Below, in pieces: positions 1-13,663 of a DNA stretch of 64,000 nt. How positions within the stretch are numbered: the stretch's first letter is position 1; each line of letters opens with the position of its first letter. The notes under the pieces were generated by a model, which ran no database searches, was not told where the DNA came from, and was given only the letters and a program-made list of their open reading frames with translations. Origin of the DNA: Microthyrium microscopicum (lineage: Eukaryota); assembly GCA_010405405.1 (NCBI GenBank), contig MU004231.1, positions 3,032,401 to 3,096,400 on the forward strand, in the 5' to 3' direction. A program made the position numbers and the translations under genes.

Positions 1-2826
1 ATGATGTGACGACTCATCGGTTAAACAAAAAAATCAAGCAATCCTACTGGTGCAATTTCAGGATTGACCAGCAACAGTGGCCGTTCGATCATCGTGGGCT
101 TTTGTTCGGTGCTGATTGATAATGCAGTAGAGCAGGCTTGTGAAAGACATATGGCGGTGTAGTGTGCAGCAATGCGCCCCATAGGCCACAATGAATAATT
201 GAACAAGAGCAATCTGCAGGGTGGATGCAGGTTAAGACACTTACCATAGTGAATTTCTTTGCTGCACTCGGGTTCGGGAAACAGCAATTTTGATGCCTTG
301 GCCTTACTGACGTAGGGTCTTCGGCTAAAGTTTGAGATTTTGATGGGCCTGCAGGTGTTATCGAGCAGCAAGCACCTTTGAGCAGATGGCGGGAGGACGT
401 CGGCCCAACAAGTATCGAATTTGCAAAGTGAAGAAGTGATTTGATAGTGGTGGAGGTGTGCCAGGAGGGCTAGACACGAGGGGTCTAATTGTCTAGGATG
501 CGATCAAGAAAACAAGGAGCCCAGAGTCAGAAACTCTCCATGGCCGGCAGATGGCAAAGTCGGTGAAATCGATCCTACTCGGTCTTTTGGTTGGAGGTTT
601 GGTCGAAGCCTAGGTGGCAGATGTATTTGGAAATTGTAGATAGGCTTGGTGGTGGAGTTGTAAATGAAAAAACATGTTGCAGGCAAAGAAAGAACAATGA
701 AGTAGGGACTCGTGAAGCCGAAGCTGAGGACAGGAGTCGGGCCATCGCTTCCAAGTCCAGTCCCAACCTAAGAAACTCACGCCTTCAGATTTTGCAGCAA
801 TCCATTACAAGCCTCACTAGTTAATACAGTGAGGTCAAAGTAGAACCAGGCGAACACAAGAGAAAATCGTGATGACGACAAATGCAATTGGTCTGCTCAA
901 ACCCTTTACATTGAGACCAAGTCCAAGTAGTGATTTTGACTCGGTACAATTTGCAAGGGAGGCTCAAAGCCTTAAGCAAGCATGATGACTAAGATTTATC
1001 GCGCCTCGCGTGTTTTGACTTTATCCAGAACATCATCTCCCTAACTTCATCCAGTGACTCCAGTCGACCACCACAACGGCTGAGAAGCACACCGGCGCGA
1101 TCCTATCAAATACTACTTCATTTCCGATCCATCGCGCCTTATTGTCAAGTCTATTCATCATAACCTATGCGATAATGGCGCCAATCCATCGCTTATGCTG
1201 TAAAGTCCAAAAACATCTTCATTTCTAAGAGGTAGTGGTAGTCAGCAACTGGTTTCCGGCGTCTCATCCGTTGTGTCAATCTATGTCGGATATCTGAACT
1301 GCTTGAGGACTTGTGCACTTGACTCTAGAGAATCGGGTACATACCTACTACCACCAAGTACTAATAGAAACATTAATCTCCTACCCCAGCCGCCATGCGT
1401 CACTCCAGAAAGTCGAGGAATACTCGTAGAATGAGCGTGGAATATGTGAAACCAAGCCTTTTCATTCGGCTGAGTATCACTGGGGTCATCGGGCACGTCG
1501 CTCCCGGAGGAGTGGTCATACGCAGCCGCCATTATTCTACAATTACATGTAGGGAACGCGCCTCATCAATCGGCCTTTTGTCAACAATTTCTCCAGAAAC
1601 CTAGACCTGACGCTACAAGTCTACTAGAAACCAAAACTGAAGAGACTGAGCAGCTCCTTTTGCTAATCGGAGGCCGTCGAGTTATTAGTTGTCGTGGACA
1701 ACGCCCCGCGGAATCCAGTTAGCGTCGAAAAGCTGGTTCACAGCGCAAATCTCACTTCCCATGGCTCATTAATGATAAGCCCAACCTAAAGAAACAATTT
1801 ACCGCATGATATTGAGGTATGACTGTCTAGGTTTGGGGGTACCCCACACTCTAAACCTTTCGTTTCAGAGTGCACTGACGTCGTTGACCCAAGATCAAGC
1901 CGGCAATATATAAATTATCAATTTATTCTTGAGCCATAATTGGACACTTTTAGGTTTGTGGAGAAAATCACGAGAATGTTCATTCCAGTTGACATGGCCC
2001 ACGAGGTAACCAGCATTGCCTCACGATTGCGATGACGATCCATCAAGTCGGCTGGGACACCAAGCTATCGCCGGTCTTACACACCACGAAACAGTATTAC
2101 TGGCCAGTGGCCATGGGTTTATTTGAACCATATTCACAACGACTGGACAGTGGAAGCCAGAGCTGAGGGCGAAATCATCGTTGCAAAATATAGTGGTTGA
2201 AAGATCTCCGACAAGTAGACCATCAGCGGATCAGACAACCAGCTTGATACTGCCCGAACTGGAAGTTGGTCAAATATTGAAATTGATATTCTGTGGAGAG
2301 TTCCGGAAGTCTGGCACCTACAGGATAGAGTCTCCATGTAGTTCTTGGATTGGCACAAAGCTTTTGGTGACCAAGGCTTGCAATCGACAACAAGCAATAC
2401 AATATTATGCTGCTATTACCAACGTTTGACGACAATCGAGTCTAGAATAGCTGTGGACATCAAGTACAGTGGGCCGCGACACTCCCGCGACTTCAACCTA
2501 AATAGGCCAGTACCAAAAATGCCCTTGCGCCCAACCGTTTGATTTGGTACTGCAAAGCCAGCTTCTAATATATTGAGCCTAGGTATATGTGATCCAAACA
2601 TTTGCAAGGATCAACACAATCGACCCAATATATGCCTTGTCCAATATTCATATCACATGCCCCCTCAATATATCTAGACGAACATTAACCACGGAATTCA
2701 CTAAGCGTCCGCTCAGTCCGATTTCGTTTCCCCAGGATATAATCTGGAGTACTTAGGGGCCTTGCTGCGCACTCTTGTCATAGCCAAGTCTCCAGTTTCA
2801 CATTCCTTCAGTAAACAGGACCAACT

Positions 2827-4146
2827 ATGAAGACATTTACACTCGTTTCTTCGCTGCTTGCAGCAGCATATGCTGCCCCAGCTCCCGAGCAGGCTATCGG
2901 TGAGGCTAGGGATGTCACACAAGCTGCTCCTGTTCCCATTGACAACCCGTTGATGCGATCAACTGAGCAAGGTGTTAAGGTTCTTCCTCGCATGTCCATG
3001 ACGGAGTAAGCGTTTTCTACAAAATTCACAGATTCACATGCTAACAGTGCTCAGGCCCAAGGATGGAGCCAAGCGCACAACTGTCAAGTACGGAAACTGG
3101 ATGGTCAGCTCCACCAAGATGATGTCCACCATCAAGCTTGCTCAAGGCCCTTGTGGACTCGCTGGCTGCTACGTTACCGCCATGGAGGCCACCATCCGCT
3201 ACCCCGATGGTAAGGAGGCTAATGTTGACACCAACGCCTGGCTTCATCACATCGCCCTCTTCGGCACCGGAGGAGGTGGAGGATCTATCTGGGCCGCCGG
3301 TAACGAGCGCCCAACTCTCCGCCTTAACACCGGCTCCAAATATGGATTCGATTTCCCAAGCGCCTTCATGCTCATGATCGACTTGATGACGGAAGATGTC
3401 AAGCCCAAGAACTTGACTCTTGAGATCACCTACGAACACGTTCCACGCACGACGCCAGGCTACAAGGCTGCTACCATGTACTGGCTCACCATTGGCGAAC
3501 CAGCTGCCAAGACAGGAAAATACTCCTTCTCCACCATGCCATCCATCGTTAGCGGGGCCGGACAGCTTCTATACTCCATTGGCCACATGCACGACGGTGG
3601 TGACAACATGTCTCTTTATGTCGGTGGCAACCTCGTCTGCAAGTCCGTCATGCACTACAATTCCCGTAAGTACAGACAGCGAATTCTCATGCATATATAC
3701 TGACCCAGTAACAGGCGCGGGATACGGAAAGGACGCAAACGGTGCTGCCGATGAGCATGCCGGTATGGCTGGTATGGCTGGTATGGCCGGTGCTAAGGGT
3801 AAGGCCGCAAGCGGTTCAACTGCTGCAGCTGCTATGCCAAAGACCGCTTCAGGCGGTATGGTCGGACACTCGCATACCAAGCGCCAACACGCCCACGGTG
3901 GCGGAGGAGGACTTCACATCTCCGATCCAGGTGCATGCACAGACTTCGGTACCGTTACCAGTGGTCAATCGATGAAGGCTACTGCTTTCTACGATGCCGG
4001 CAAGTACGGTCTCATGGAGCACAACGGTGCCAAGGAGAGACTCATGGGGTATGTTTCGCTTCAGAATCATTACTATAAATCACTAACTTGTTCCCAGCAA
4101 CATGCGTGTGTACATTGGTCCTACCAGCACCGGTCTGTTTGGTTAA
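2827..4146 (+). CDS. Secreted 390-aa protein with copper type II monooxygenase-like (PHM/DBH/SURNod19-like) motifs
   Basis: Exons 2827-3005, 3055-3665, 3715-4048 and 4098-4146 join in frame through GT..AG introns with CTAAC/CTGAC branch sites. Signal peptide MKTFTLVSSLLAAAYA. Motifs WLHH, AAGNER, GHMHDGG and C-terminal RLMG. The gene model is well supported; the function is inferred. Confidence 0.8.
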
Positions 4147-6329
4147 GCGGTTTCTCCTATAATTTAGTATTGCGATTATTAGTTACCGGATTTAATCCAC
4201 TGCACATAGTATCATCAGCGATTTTAAAATATCCTCTGTGAAGAATAGTTTGCCAGTGGAGATAAAAGCGCTCGTGATATAGCTCATGAAACATTAATCC
4301 TAGCGGAACCAGCCTTTGCAGAGCCGTCAAAGTCAATGAAGCATAAAACTTTGCTTGATCGTAAGTAGAGTACTTCTCTAGGGCAGCTTCATACACGCAA
4401 CGACTACTCTAAACTCGCTTGTGGATTTCAGGGTTCATATTGACCCCTGTAGACATGCAGCCTTATCCCACGGGAGTAGTCTAAAAACCATTTTACTCGA
4501 AATCGAACTCAGCAAATAGCTGTCCTCCAAAACACTAAACAAGGTCTTTTATAGGTCCACAATTGGTTCTCAGTGAACATAAAGTCAGCTTCTAATCCTC
4601 CAATCTGGGGAAATATAATGAACCCTAGGGGAACTTAACTAACAGTGAAAGAGCCCTGCATCTACTTTCTATACCATTGTAGACAAGTCTCCAGTGTACC
4701 ATATCCGTACAGGGACATCCAAGATGGTCTAGTTGCCCCATACAGTAAACTTTGCACGTCGTCTTTCCGCTGTACAGTCATATACTGATAACATACATAA
4801 ATTTCACTCGTGGGATATATCCTTTCAAAGTCACAGGTAGAGTGATTTCTGTTACGTCTTATTATCCAACTCAGTCTCATCATTTATCTTATACATAACT
4901 GTTCGAAATCGATTCTAAGAACCACACCTCGCCCATCTGATCCGATTCGAAGATTCTATGTAGTCGGTCATTTTCAAGACTGCGTCAACAAGTGACCGTT
5001 GCAGAAAGTTGGTGAATCAATAGAAAGGCCCCGATCTGACGTTTCCATTCTTCGATGTGAAGAAACGCTGGAAGCATTTCGCCACTGGAAAACCCCTTTA
5101 TCAGTGTTCACGTTTGGCTTAGGCGGTGAGCTTTTTATGCCTATCAAGACGATATAGCTTACCAAATACCCACTATATATATGCTGTATCATGGTTCTGA
5201 TTTGATAAACAGCATTTGCTTCCTGGAATATTTCATCTTAAAGGCGCCCAAAGCTGATTTGCAGTCACTGGAGGATATTATCCCACAGCAGCATCTCGGC
5301 CATCTGAAGAGCATAACATAGCAAGTAGATTGAGTCCACCTTTAAAACATCTTTAAAGCCTTGCCAGTGCTTGAATCTGCCTCATAGATTGCCTGCTTTT
5401 TCACCAATTATCCACTTAGGCCATGAAGTTGATCTCGAAGTCAATACGGATTTATTCGTCGATGAACTGACGCTGCCATGCAGTGTTTCTAGAAGTCAAA
5501 ACAGGCAGGAACCTTAGTACTGACTGGTCATCCTAGAGATGTCTTGCCTCTCATCAACATTTATGGTCAGAGGTGAAGGTGCACAAAAGTTGATAGAATT
5601 GTCTTCTTTTTAGATCGTAAGTTCCATTCCTTGGATTTTTTCTCCGTTCTCAGCTGATAAACCTTAGCCCGTAACATACCTTATTCTCGGGTTGGTGTAG
5701 CCGATTTCACGACCTCAACTGTTTGATGTGCGTGCTTGGAATCCTATGGCTGGTTGCTGAATCATGACAAGATCTCCCGACCTGCGCTCTGCGTTTGATT
5801 TCTAAGTTCCCATCTTAAACAACGTTATGTCGGGTCTGGATCCATCCGTCGGATTTCAATTTTACTGGTTGCAACACATCCATCCTTTCGGACTTTCCAT
5901 GGATCACAGTACTCACGAATCTCAACCACCAGAGCCACCACAAAACCCTACAAAGTAGCAAATTTGGGCATTACCAAGAATCAATTGTATTGTTTCCTTC
6001 ATTGTGGATCGCACGCTCATCATTAAAATTATGTGGGATTCACAAGCCACAAGCGCCACTAAGCTCTCATTACAAATTCCGACGGGATTGGGTGGTCTTC
6101 ATCGTTGCACCTCTCGTTTACCCCTGCCGAACTCCGTACTTCCCTACATCAAATTTGATGTGCAAGCAGGCAACAAAGTAAACAAATGAATCGCTCTTTT
6201 TTCAACATTTTCTTCAATAGCGCGGTATATAGTACTCGTTAGGTTGCTATAGGATACAGGATTTCATTAAACCTTCGATTACCGTCAAATGCAAAGCCCA
6301 TTCACACGCGATTTCACCACTATCAAATC

Positions 6330-8500
6330 ATGGGCGATCTCGAGGATGAAAAAAAGCTAGAGCATGGGCAACAGCTCGATGATGGCACAAAACGTCCCAT
6401 CACTACGCCAGATGAAGAAGAAAAAAGAGAGCCTATTGCTAGTACAGCTGTCGTCGAGGACGCTCCAATAGCACCACTAACGGCAACGCAATCCGCGACT
6501 GAACCTGTATACATTACCGGTGTCAAGCTCTGGACGGTATTAGCAGCAGTGACTTTGATAGCTTTTCTGATGCTTTTGGACACATCGATCATCGCCACAG
6601 CCATTCCGCAAATCACCAACGATTTTCATTCTCTTCCTGACGTTGGCTGGTATGGCAGCGCCTACTTGTTGACCAGGTAAGTCTTGATACTATTCTTATG
6701 CCAAATACATTCTGATCGAAGCATTAGCTCCGCTCTTCAGCCCTTGACTGGGAAAATATACACCCGATTTAGTACCAAGGTAACATATTATCTCAATCGA
6801 GAGACCTTTCTTTTGACACGTCTTAGTGGGCATTCATTGCATTCTTCTCTGTTTTCGAGCTTGGATCAGTCCTATGTGGTGCGGCAAATTCTTCGAAGAT
6901 GCTCATTGTGGGTCGAGCCGTCGCTGGCATGGGCACCAGTGGTGTACAAAATGGAGCAATGACTATCCTCAGTGCTTCAGCGCCAATGCATAAACGGCCG
7001 AGTGAGTTCGACTTGATCTTATCGACTCGGGAACTAATGATATGATCTAGTGCTGTTAGGAATCATGATGGCTGGTATGTTGAATCAAAAAGTGCTTGCT
7101 TGTCAATATTGACCACGGTATAGTTTGTCAACTTGGAATCGTATGCGGACCACTAGTAGGGGGCGCATTAACTCAGTACGCAAGCTGGAGATGGTGTACG
7201 TATCATTTCCTTGCAGCACAACTCTTACTGACCATTTAGGCTTCTATATCAACCTACCTATCGGGGCGGTTGCCATACTAGTGCTTCTCATAATCACAAT
7301 ACCCGACGACAAGAACAAGAAAGCCCCAAGAACGCCATCCGAGCTACTGAAAATTCTTTCCACCCTCGACCTTACAGGCTTCGCAATCTTTGCTGGGTTT
7401 GCAGTAATGTTTCTTCTTGCCCTTGAATGGGGTGGGCAACTGTATGCTTGGAACAGCGCGACTATAATCGGACTGTTCTGTGGAGCTGGAATCACGTTCA
7501 TTTTGTTTGCTATATGGGAATATAGGTACGTCTCTTGCTCTTCAATCATGATTTCCTCCTCTGATGAAGGAGCGGTGCTGGCTCGTACAGTATCTTAGAT
7601 GGTTCTAAAGGCATACTAACATTGTTCATAGGGTCGGCGACGAAGCGATGATTCCATACTCCATGATAAAACGAAGAATCATTGTGTGTTCAGCCATTTA
7701 TATCGCATTAGTGTTTGGTGGACAGTTCGTGCAGTCCTACTATATGCCGATATACTTTCAGGCGATCAAAGGTGCATCTCCATCGCTTAGTGGAGTCTAT
7801 GTCCTACCAAGCATCTTGAGCGCAATCATCATGGCTATTCCGTCCGGAGTTCTAGGTAAGCCTTTGAAGTGGAACGATTATTGACATGATGACTAAATCA
7901 AACTTCAGTGGGCAAATTTGGATACTACCTTCCATGGGCCATGGCTTGCTCTGTACTTTTCAGCATCGGGTCAGGATTGTTGACTACTCTTACTCCTCAT
8001 TCTAAAACTGTAGAATGGGTTATGTATCAAGTTATAGCTGGTTTCGGGCGCGGATGTGGGCTTCAAATCGTAAGTGACTGATAGATCATACCATTGATCA
8101 CCGCGCTGACTGCAATCAGCCCATTGTCGCTATGCAAAACGATCTGCCGCCGCAACAACAAGCGTTAGGAATGGCTCTGATCGGCTTCGCTCAAACCTTT
8201 GGAGGAGCAGTTTTCTTAGTGGTTGCGCAGCTCATCTTCAGCCACGGATTGAAGTCTGAAATTCCAAAGTACGCCCCGGAAGTCAACCCCCAGTCTATCA
8301 TTGATGCCGGAGCAACGAAATTTCGACAGTTCATTACACCTAGTCAGCTTCCGGCTGTTTTGGAAGGATATGATAAGGCTATCATTCATGTCTTTTACTT
8401 GGGAACCGCGATAACAGCGCTTTCATTCTTTGTCTCTTTGGGAATGGGTTGGAAAAAAATTGCCCAGAAGAAGAAGAAGCCGGTTGCCCCCGAGGCCTAG
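6330..8500 (+). CDS. MFS drug:H+ antiporter, 14-TMS DHA2 type (AflT/GliA/ToxA-like efflux pump)
   Basis: [77 protein letters not shown] and GMGWKKI. About 8 GT-AG introns (donors near 6677, 6780, 7002, 7075, 7195, 7526, 7857, 8070). Confidence 0.92.
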
Positions 8501-8682
8501 AAGTTATTCGATTTGTAATTCTCTAATACGTACGCCTTGGCAGAGCTGTACTACAGCCTATAGACATAAATTGTCTTTGTAATACATACTAGCAAATGTA
8601 TAATGCGGAAGTTCTTCACTCACAATTCATCTATCAAATTTCTTTCGCGTCGCTTCGTGCATGTCTCAAAATACATCCTGAT

Positions 8683-10759
8683 CTAATGAGCGAACCGGAA
8701 GTCTAGTCTACAGGCGACAAAGTAAGCATATTTGTCGCTTTAAAAGAAGGGTAGAGAATATACCTCTTGTTTCCCTTATCCTTAGAAGTAGCTAAGTACT
8801 TTCGTTTGTCCTCTAAACTCATCGAGCTCCATATTCTCTCCCTTCTCCTACAAGATGTCAGTAAGTGGGTTGATGGACATAGAAAGGATAGCGGAGAGTA
8901 TGTGTGGGAGTAGGAACTGACTTGTTCACAGTAGCGTAAAACAATTTCGCGCCTACAAAAAGAGCAACATTGTAAACGCAGATGTAAAGCAGTATCTTAT
9001 TTCCTCTTCGATACAAAGGTCTATCATCATCACGATAAAACTAAAAACAAGTCAGTATACCCCCATCAAGTGAGAGATTCACTTACATTTTGACTTATGA
9101 TTGAGGAGGCTTGACAAAGCATGTTGTAGATAGCACTCGCGACTGTCCTAGTTCTGACAGTACCAGAATTACGACTAACGATTGCCACGAGGATTGCATG
9201 TACGTAAGGATGTCCGACCAAGCCAGCGGTTATGACATATCTCACCCAATGTCCAGTGTCTGCTGGCATATATTCGAGAAAATAGAGCAATGGGAAAGCC
9301 CAAAACTGGCTTGAGAGACCAACTAAAAATCGCTGATTCCATTTTTCGGACATCCAAGTCCAGAACAGGAGTTGTGCGATAAACAGCATATAAGCCGGTA
9401 TGGTAAGGAGATTTGTTTGAAATGTGCCAAATCCGATTTCACGAATTTGAAGTGTGAGGTAAGCTGTCATGGGACTTGTGGGCATGCCAAAGGATAGAGC
9501 AATGAGATAGATAGGAAGCATGTGCCCTGTGAATCTAGGTATTAGCGTTCGTCATTCACGCAAGACATGTTGAGCTCAATAACGGTTCACCAATTCCATC
9601 GAGGGCAGAATCCGATCTGATGAAGCCATTGATGGGGACTCACAGTCGGTTAGGCATTCAACAATCATACCCCAGCTCAGTGCTTGCCGGTTGTGCATAT
9701 CTCCTTTGGACGGATCGTCTCGCAATATTCTATTGACCATGATCTTCTCTTCATGGACGTTGAACCATCCTGAAGTCTGCGTCGGACTAGCCGGAAGATA
9801 AAACCATGAAAGTATTCCTATCAGCGCCGTAAGACTGCCTTCTAATGCGAAAAGCCAACGCCAGCCTTCTATACCGTATATGCCTCGAAGATGGAGTAAT
9901 CCGTATGCAAAAAAAGCCGAGAAGATGTTAGTGACTTGTGAGGAGACCCAAAACCAGGAGAGGCGCTTTGGAAGCTCAGAGCTGGTATAAAAGTAGCTGA
10001 GATATAGAACATTGTCAGGGATGAATCCACCTTTTGAACGCATTAGCATTAAGACATTTCTAGATTTGAGACTATCGTACCTTCAACAAGTCCAATCAAT
10101 CCTCTACAAATGAAGAAGGATGTTCTTCCTCTAAGAAATGCCTGCGACGAAGCAATGATACTCCAGGTGACCATTTGTATTGGTATCCAACGATCCGGAC
10201 CTACCCATTTCGAGATCAATTGTGAGGGAAGTTCGGCAAATAGGAATGCGAAATAAAAGATGGCTTGACCATAGTTGTAGTCGTTGGTATCGAGTCCCAA
10301 ATCACCAAGCATATTGTCAGAGAGCGCCTGTACAATGTTTCCGCGGTCGAGTTGCAAAGCAAAGAACATCAGACAAACCCATGAGCAGATCCATTTATCG
10401 ATCTAGGTTTTATATCAGTCTGTATTTGGGATATCCTTCTTGCCCGTAAGTCATACTTTCCGCACAACCTTGCCTTCGTCTGCTGCACACCAGCGATACT
10501 CAGGGTCGAAGCGATGAGATCCTTCGTAGCCATCTATAGGCTTGTAAAACATCTGTAAATCATCGTCTCTGAAAGTTGCTGGCTTGAGAGCAACTCCTTC
10601 ATCAAATTCTTCGGTATTTGAGGGGCTGAATAAAGGCGAGTGGCTATTCAGTGAGCTCTTGCGATCCAAGTCCTCGAGGTTATCATCGTGCTCTAAATGC
10701 TCGCTAAGCTCAACGTATTTTGCCTCATAACGTCGCGAATTAGGCCCTCGATGTGACAT
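8683..10759 (-). CDS. MFS anion:cation symporter (allantoate permease/Dal5-Tna1 family)
   Basis: FFALQLDRGNI, FAELPSQLISK, GPDRWIPIQM, GGFIPD, EGWRWLFALEG, RILRDDPSKG, spliced C-terminus GNKRLDFRFAH*. About 6 introns. ATG at 10759. Confidence 0.92.
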
Positions 10760-12261
10760 GATAAGATACTTGATATTGAGAGTACAAACTGGCGACTGGA
10801 TACACCTGGACACTCATTTTGCAGCCCATTCTGCGGTGATGCGTCTGAGCAATGTCGTGCTTTAGCGGTCATTTTGCGTGAATTGAGGCACTCTCCTCAA
10901 CGAATGTACGCTTACATCGCTCAAACTCAGCCTTATGATACGCAGCTACATCTGTGAGTAAAGTACTAATAATTCAGACACTATTTGTCGGCATCAGAAA
11001 CTAAAGTTAGCCGACTTGGAAAGCTACATCACCGTTCGCAGGTCAAGATGCCCTCAGAAGTCAGGCCTGTCCTGAATTATCACCACCTGCTACCGCGGAA
11101 CAGATTGGCAGCAAATAGTAAAAGATGAATTCGGGAGCAGTTCATGAAGAATTATGTGTTTGATAATTTGCGCTATACAACTCTCGATTAGCCGAAGTAC
11201 TTACAAGAAATGGCGCTGAAGAACTTTCCCGACGTCTTGAGCTAATATAAACTCTATCATAATGATTCATATTCCACGGCTACACTCCACGGCTTCTAGC
11301 CAAGGCGAGATTTAATGTAGATAGACACCATCCAAGAAGCTACCTACTGAGATCTCACAAGGGCCAATCATTAAACACTTTCACAAAGGAAACAGGACGC
11401 CGAATCTCCGATCATGAGATCATGAAAATCGCAAACTTATCCTTTCCTACCTTGTCAATCCGGCACATCGGTACGAGCAGGCTGCTACAGGTCACCATCG
11501 TCACGACTTACGAGAACAAAATCGTTGTCTGGTTCAGGATTAGGCGTAATTCCTGTTACGTACTGACTTAGTTCGGAAATAGTTAAAAAGCGAAGCAATT
11601 TAAATGTAAAGTAGGAATGGGTTTATACCCTTATTATGAAGGCAGAAGACGACTTAGGTTTTGCGTATTGACCAGTCTTGGGATATAGACAAAACTTAAT
11701 AGCTCCCGAACATCCGAGATCTTAACAAGATCTTTAGAAAATGAAGACTCAGGCCTTGTCGGTTAAAATAGACAGTGATCTGCTTGTCGGACCTCCGGCA
11801 CTCACATTGCCTAGTTGAAGATCTAAATCAAGCTCATGTATATTGAATCCTATATGAATACCCCAAGACAAGCCTTGGTAATGTCAGTGCGTTTACCAAC
11901 ACTTTGCGAGAAGCTAACGAGATTCACCACTTTGAGGAATCATGTCGAAACCCTAATATGGATATCCTCAAAGCGTTCTAACGGTAAGGTAACTATAAAA
12001 CAGTCTTCTTGAGGATGATTGGACACCCAGGAGTAAGCTCGAGTCAACCGTCTCGCACTGATATTAGTATTGTGTGCTTCGTCATCGAAGGGTGAAGGTT
12101 GTATTGATCGCTTAGTGCTGCCGGGGACACGAGAATTAGTAGTTCGTCCCTGGAATTTGACATCAACTCTATAGTTGGCATGTCTTAAGTACCCAAGAGA
12201 GCACCAGTAATAACGCTAAACCTGTGTCGACCTAAGAAATTTTCTTGCCATATTCATCGTG

Positions 12262-13663
12262 ATGTATAGGTTATTCCAGACTTTGTTGCTCCTTGTGCCT
12301 TTAGTACATGGAATCGATGCCAATGAAGGTCAAGAGCTCCAGGCTTTAGCCCCTGAAGGAGTGGAATCTACGCAAGATATCGAAAGTCAGTCCGTCAGTC
12401 AAATCGAGCTACAACAAGAGCGCAGATATGGAAGAGTTTGGCAGCCGAAAGTCGGAGAGCCATTTCAGATAGTTCTTTCGGGGAAGATTCTTGCCGATCG
12501 GAGGAATGGACCTATTGATCCTTCGAAGTATCCAATCTTCGACATTGATTTGTTCGATACCGACAGAAACACTATCAAAGAGCTCAAACGACAAGGGAAG
12601 AAGGTGATATGCTACTTCAGTGCTGGGACATCAGAGGACTGGCGACCGGATATCAATCAATTCAATACATCACACATGGGCGCACACTTACCACTATGGC
12701 CAGGCGAGAGGTGGCTGGATATCAGGCAGAAAGAGGTTCTCAAAATTCAAAAGAAGCGGATACGAATGGCCGCACAAAAAGGCTGTGATGCTGTGGACCC
12801 AGACAACGTTGGTAAGTAACTTCAAGATTCCACCTTTCCTTCAATATTGACAGGCACAAGATGGGTTCGACAACGAGAATGGAGGTGGATTCAAACCTCC
12901 TCTCACTCCGAAAGACACTATCAAGTTCATGCGCCACCTATCCACCTACTCGCGTCGACACGGAATGTCCATTGGTCTGAAGAACGCAGTCTCAGTCATG
13001 CCTAAACTCGAGAAATACGTTCAGTTCGCTGTCAACGAAGAATGCATCACTGAAGACGAATGCGAAAAGTACGATTCCTTCATGTCGCCCAAAAGGCACC
13101 GAGGCAAGCCAGTCTTCCACATCGAATACATCAGACATCAGCAAGTGTTTGCTCTCGGTGACAACCCAGGAAAAGCACCATCTCCACGGCGCATTGGTTG
13201 GAATATCTGGCACCCAAAGCTGAGAAATATGACCCAGCCTCAACTTCGCTACCAACTTTGTGCTCAACATCAACCCAAAGTGGGCAATAAAATGTCCACT
13301 GACATCAAAGTTTTAGCCCTTGACGGCTGGATCATGTCTTGCAATGGAGAAGTCTGGGAGACAAAGTCAGGCCCACCGACCAAAAAGACCAGAGCTCGAT
13401 ATATCACCAGAACGGCTAGCAATTTGACTGTCGACATGGAAGCTGAGGGCGATCTTCCGGCGCACCCGTCTGTCCTAGGTGAGAAAGATTTGGACTTTGA
13501 TCACGAGCTGGAGGCCGAATTGGACCAGGAACTTGCTGGCTTCAATATGACCAGTACAAGGAAAGGTGCGAAGAAGGACAAGATAGAATCGGCTTGGCTA
13601 GACGAGCAGCAGGACGATTGGGACGCTGAGATAGAGGAGGAGATGAACGAGTTCCGGCGTTGA
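12262..13663 (+). CDS. Secreted glycoside hydrolase family 114 (endo-alpha-1,4-galactosaminidase, Ega3-like) with acidic C-terminal extension
   Basis: Signal peptide. WQPKVG..FQIVL, FDIDLFD, VICYFSAGTSEDWRPD, GCDAVDPDNVD (spliced across intron 12812-12860), SIGLKNA, FAVNEEC and KPVFHIEY. Confidence 0.9.

Noticed and set aside
1..2800. Short ORFs on both strands
   Set aside because: No recognisable motifs, consistent splice pattern or coding bias; treated as intergenic.
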